A stretch of 64,000 nucleotides of DNA from Gammaproteobacteria bacterium (lineage in GTDB: Bacteria > Pseudomonadota > Gammaproteobacteria > Eutrophobiales > Eutrophobiaceae). The stretch lies in contig CBDCTH010000012.1 in assembly GCA_965222155.1 (NCBI GenBank), positions 2,528,001 through 2,592,000 of the forward strand, in the 5' to 3' direction. The notes beneath the pieces are model-generated. The model saw only the letters and a list, made by a program, of their open reading frames with translations, was not told where the DNA came from and did not search any database. The position numbers and the translations under genes were made by a program. Below are positions 60,628 through 64,000 of this stretch, in pieces. Position 1 is the stretch's first letter. The number at the start of each line of letters is the position of its first letter.

Positions 60628-60683
60628 TCGCCCTCCACGAGGGCAGGATGCCCTCGATCCCGGGAGTTAGCGGGAACTGCTGG
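60628..60683. repeat. Inverted copy of the 56-bp element, in a palindrome-rich intergenic region
   Basis: Reverse complement of 54013-54068; nearby hairpin GGGGGACAGATTTAAATCTGTCCCCC. Confidence 0.88.
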
Positions 60684-60793
60684 CTGGAGGCCTCAGCATT
60701 TTATCGATGGCCACTATTCCGATATAATGGTTAGCAAGATCAGCAAGGCGGGTAATGTCGTTTTGCAGAATAATTAACAATGAGTTAAGGAAT

Positions 60794-61999
60794 ATGAATC
60801 AAGCAATCATTTATGCCGGGGTGCGTTCGCCATTTGGCCGTTATGGAGGCGGTCTGTCAGTGAAGAGGCCGGACGATCTGGCAGCCGCTGTTATCAGGGC
60901 TTTGCTGGACCGAAGTGGTATTGAGAGCAGCCTGGTGGAGGATGTCGTGTTCGGCAACACCAACCAGGCGGGTGAAGATAGTCGAAACGTGGCGCGCAAT
61001 GCCGCCTTGTTGGCCGGCATGCATACATCGACGGGCGGAGCGACCGTCAATCGATTATGCGGCAGCGGCGCGGCGGCAACCCTGGACGCAGCCCGCGCGA
61101 TCAGTTGCGGGCAGGGGCAGTTGTTCATCTCCGGCGGCGTGGAGAGTATGAGCCGGGCGCCCTGGGTACTGAGCAAGGCGGAAACCAGCTTTGATCGCAA
61201 CCAGCAGATGTATGACACTGTTCTCGGCTGGCGTTTCCCCAACAAGTCACTCCTCAAGCAATACGGTGACGACACCATGCCGCAGACCGCGGATAACGTC
61301 GCCAGGGACCTGAACATCAGCCGGGAAGACAGCGATGCCTTCGCGTATGCCTCACAGCAAAAATACCAGGCGGCAAAAGATGCCGGTTTTTACGCGGATG
61401 AACTGGTTGAAATTGAAGTACCGGCAAAACGGCGCAAAGACCCGCCGGTAAAAGTGACGACCGATGAGCATCCCAGGCCCGCTACCACCCTGGAGAAATT
61501 ATCAACCTTGCCCGCCTTGTTTGACGGCGGTGTCGTGACTGCCGGCAATGCTTCCGGCATCAATGACGGCGCTGCGGCGCTGCTGCTGGGTAATGAGGAT
61601 ATCGGTAAAAAGCTGGGTATGACGCCACGCGCACGCATCCTGTCCGGCGCCATCGCCGGGGTTGAACCCCGGGTGATGGGGGTAGGCCCTGTCCCTGCAT
61701 CACAGAAAGCCCTGCAGCGAGCGGGCTTGTCTTTGTCCGATATGGATGTGATTGAGATAAACGAAGCCTTTGCAACCCAGGTACTGGGATGTCTGAAACA
61801 ACTGCAGATTGATTTTCAGGATGAACGGGTCAACCCGAACGGCGGCGCTATCAGTATCGGACATCCGCTGGGCGCATCCGGGGCGCGCCTCATATTGACG
61901 GCCTTACGCCAACTGGAAAATATCCAGGGCCGTTATGCGCTCATTACCATGTGCATCGGCATCGGCCAGGGCATCGCTGTTGTTATCGAACGAATTTAA
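60794..61999 (+). CDS. Acetyl-CoA C-acyltransferase (3-oxoadipyl-CoA thiolase-like)
   Basis: NRLCGSG, NEAFA, GHPLGASG and MCIGIGQG motifs. Confidence 0.92.
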   Translation: MNQAIIYAGVRSPFGRYGGGLSVKRPDDLAAAVIRALLDRSGIESSLVEDVVFGNTNQAGEDSRNVARNAALLAGMHTSTGGATVNRLCGSGAAATLDAARAISCGQGQLFISGGVESMSRAPWVLSKAETSFDRNQQMYDTVLGWRFPNKSLLKQYGDDTMPQTADNVARDLNISREDSDAFAYASQQKYQAAKDAGFYADELVEIEVPAKRRKDPPVKVTTDEHPRPATTLEKLSTLPALFDGGVVTAGNASGINDGAAALLLGNEDIGKKLGMTPRARILSGAIAGVEPRVMGVGPVPASQKALQRAGLSLSDMDVIEINEAFATQVLGCLKQLQIDFQDERVNPNGGAISIGHPLGASGARLILTALRQLENIQGRYALITMCIGIGQGIAVVIERI

Positions 62000-64000
62000 A
62001 GCTTGCCAAGACCGGCCAATATCTTCTCAGGTGTAATCGGCAACTCCCTGATGCGCACGCCGACTGCATTAAATACGGCATTGGCAATGGCAGGGGCAGG
62101 AACGATTAAACAACATTCCGCAAGACTTTTTGCACCAAAAGGCCCTGTTTCTTCATTGGATTCGATGAAAATGGATTCAATCCTGTCCGGCATTTCCATG
62201 GCAGTCGGCATCTTGTAATCAAGGAAATCGGCAGAGAGGCAAGCGCCCGATTCCGGGTCAAACTGCAAATCTTCCATCAGGGCGTAACCAATCCCCTGTT
62301 GTACGGCCCCTTCGACCTGTCCCTGGGCGGTTACCGGGTTGATGACCCTGCCGATGTCGTGGGCATAGACGACATGCTCGACCTTGACCTGACCGGTATC
62401 CGTATCTACCTCCAGTTCAACGAACATGGCCCCGCAAGGGATTGGCGTAATCTTAGGGTTAAGGCTGGAAAGACCGATAATCGTCCCGCGAAATGGTGTA
62501 GAGTCCGGCTGCGGGCCTTGCGGCGTCTCATGCACCATGGGCGAATCCGCCCGGGCGGCAACCTCCTGAACCGTCACGGCATTGGCCTCACTGCCTTTGA
62601 CGAAAATTTTCCCGTTACGTACCTCAAGGTCCCCGGGGTTGGCTTCCAGCATGGTGGCAGCTACGGCGAACATCTTTAATTTTGCGTCACCGGCTGCCGC
62701 CTTTACGGCGCCGCCCGCCGCATAGGTGCCTCGGCTTGCGTGGGTGGGGGCATCGAACGGTACATTCCCGGTATCCACAGTGCTCATCCTCACCTGTTCA
62801 AGCGCTATGCCCAGTTCCTCCGCGGCAATTTGACAAAACACGGTGTTCTGGCCGGCGCCGATATCTATGCAAGCCGTAGCGATATCAGCGGAACCATCAG
62901 GGTTCAGCTTGACCACGGCGCCGGAGTGCTCGTACAAATCAGGCTGGCCGATACAGTTGGAAGTCCAGGTCGGGACACAGGCCATGCCCAGTCCCCGTTG
63001 TCTGGCACCCGGGTCGGAAATTGGGGGAGTCCGCCGCCCCCAGCCGATACGCTCGGCGCCCTGCCTGATGCAATCCTCAAAACGGTAAGTGGTAAACGTC
63101 TGGTTAAATACCGGGTGCTGTTCACCCTCGCGGTGCCCGTTTTTAATCCTGATTTCCAGCGGGTCCAGTCCGGTCTCGTTACATATCTCATCCAACTGGG
63201 ATTCCACGGCGAAGGCTGCCTGGGGCGCGCCGTAACCGCGATATCCGCCGCTGATCATATTGTTGGTATGCACGGTGAGCCCTTCCCAACGGCGATTCGG
63301 GCAATTATAGGTGTACATGAACCCGAACAGGCCGTGCACCATGATGACCGTGGAGCCGTGGGTTGCATACGCCCCGGCGTCAAAAATACTTTTGCCGCAG
63401 CGTGCGGTAATGGCGCCGTCGTTTCTGATGGCGGTGGTCAGGCTGAGATTAACCGGGTTCCGGGCGCCGGTGATGAAATTTTCGGCACGCGTATGCATGA
63501 ACTTGACCGGCCTGCCGGTGCGCCTGCTCATGATCGCCGCCAGCGGTTCGATATAGCCGATGTCCAGTTTGCCGCCGAAGCCGCCGCCTATATAGGGTGG
63601 TTTTACCACCCGCACCCTGCTTACCGGCATATCAAGCACAAAAGCCAGTTTTTCCCTGAGTCCGAACAAATGCTGATTGGAACTGTACACGGTCAGGTTT
63701 CCCTGTGAGTCGGTGTCGACTACTACCATCCTCGGTTCCAGGTAACAGGTATGCACCCGTTGGGTCTGGTATGTATGTTCAAAGACCCGGTCCGCCTCAG
63801 CCAACGCCGTATCTACGTCGCCGGTTTCAAAATAGGGGTGTTTGGCAATGTTGTTGTCGGTGTAATCATGAAGCCCGATGGCGCCATCAGCCATAGCAGC
63901 ATCAGTTGTAAATACCGCCGGGAGTTCTTCATATTCAACTTCAATCAATTCCAGGGCCTGTTCCGCAATTTCCGGGGAGGTGGCCGCGACGGCTGCGATC
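61996..64000 (-). CDS. Xanthine dehydrogenase family molybdopterin-binding subunit (5' end outside the window)
   Basis: GGGFGGK, YRGYG, GQVEGA..QG.G and GPFGAKS..E motifs. Confidence 0.92.
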   Translation of the reverse strand, partial: IAAVAATSPEIAEQALELIEVEYEELPAVFTTDAAMADGAIGLHDYTDNNIAKHPYFETGDVDTALAEADRVFEHTYQTQRVHTCYLEPRMVVVDTDSQGNLTVYSSNQHLFGLREKLAFVLDMPVSRVRVVKPPYIGGGFGGKLDIGYIEPLAAIMSRRTGRPVKFMHTRAENFITGARNPVNLSLTTAIRNDGAITARCGKSIFDAGAYATHGSTVIMVHGLFGFMYTYNCPNRRWEGLTVHTNNMISGGYRGYGAPQAAFAVESQLDEICNETGLDPLEIRIKNGHREGEQHPVFNQTFTTYRFEDCIRQGAERIGWGRRTPPISDPGARQRGLGMACVPTWTSNCIGQPDLYEHSGAVVKLNPDGSADIATACIDIGAGQNTVFCQIAAEELGIALEQVRMSTVDTGNVPFDAPTHASRGTYAAGGAVKAAAGDAKLKMFAVAATMLEANPGDLEVRNGKIFVKGSEANAVTVQEVAARADSPMVHETPQGPQPDSTPFRGTIIGLSSLNPKITPIPCGAMFVELEVDTDTGQVKVEHVVYAHDIGRVINPVTAQGQVEGAVQQGIGYALMEDLQFDPESGACLSADFLDYKMPTAMEMPDRIESIFIESNEETGPFGAKSLAECCLIVPAPAIANAVFNAVGVRIRELPITPEKILAGLGKL

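Noticed and set aside
31726-63708. Long antisense ORFs (31726-32595, 35814-36797, 62740-63708)
   Set aside because: They are shadows of well-supported genes on the opposite strand and carry no recognisable motifs.

Overview
Bacterial chromosomal window, probably from a gammaproteobacterium (glyQ-glyS-gmhB-plsC synteny, phasin), with many decaying genes. (1) 1-17.9 kb is a defence island built inside a type I restriction-modification locus. About 12 kb of cargo lies between hsdM and hsdS: a truncated AbiD/F gene with its upstream RNA hairpin, a UDG-like gene coupled to a DprA-like gene, and an HTH repressor plus IrrE/CapP-like peptidase that is split by an intact IS21 element. The cargo also holds a complete-looking bacterial ubiquitination-like (Bub-type) module: tri-Ubl-E2 fusion, JAB-E1 fusion and DUF6527-like protein. 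That module runs with tight spacing into an ABC-ATPase/TOPRIM gene, a KAP NTPase, hsdS, a macrodomain gene and hsdR. (2) 18-27 kb has three sulfatases (one with a MITE in its 5' end), an RTX-repeat protein and pseudogene fragments. (3) 27-43 kb is housekeeping: nitroreductase, pyc, a Gld-like ABC transporter, phasin, glyQS, gmhB, plsC. (4) 43-48 kb is an IclR-linked CoA-ligase/Rieske catabolic cluster cut by an IS remnant. (5) 48-54 kb has an HTH-fused DNA methyltransferase with a putative restriction nuclease and a Phd-VapC pair. (6) 54-64 kb has metabolic genes and REP-like repeats. All assignments come from motif recognition by eye; no database search was run.
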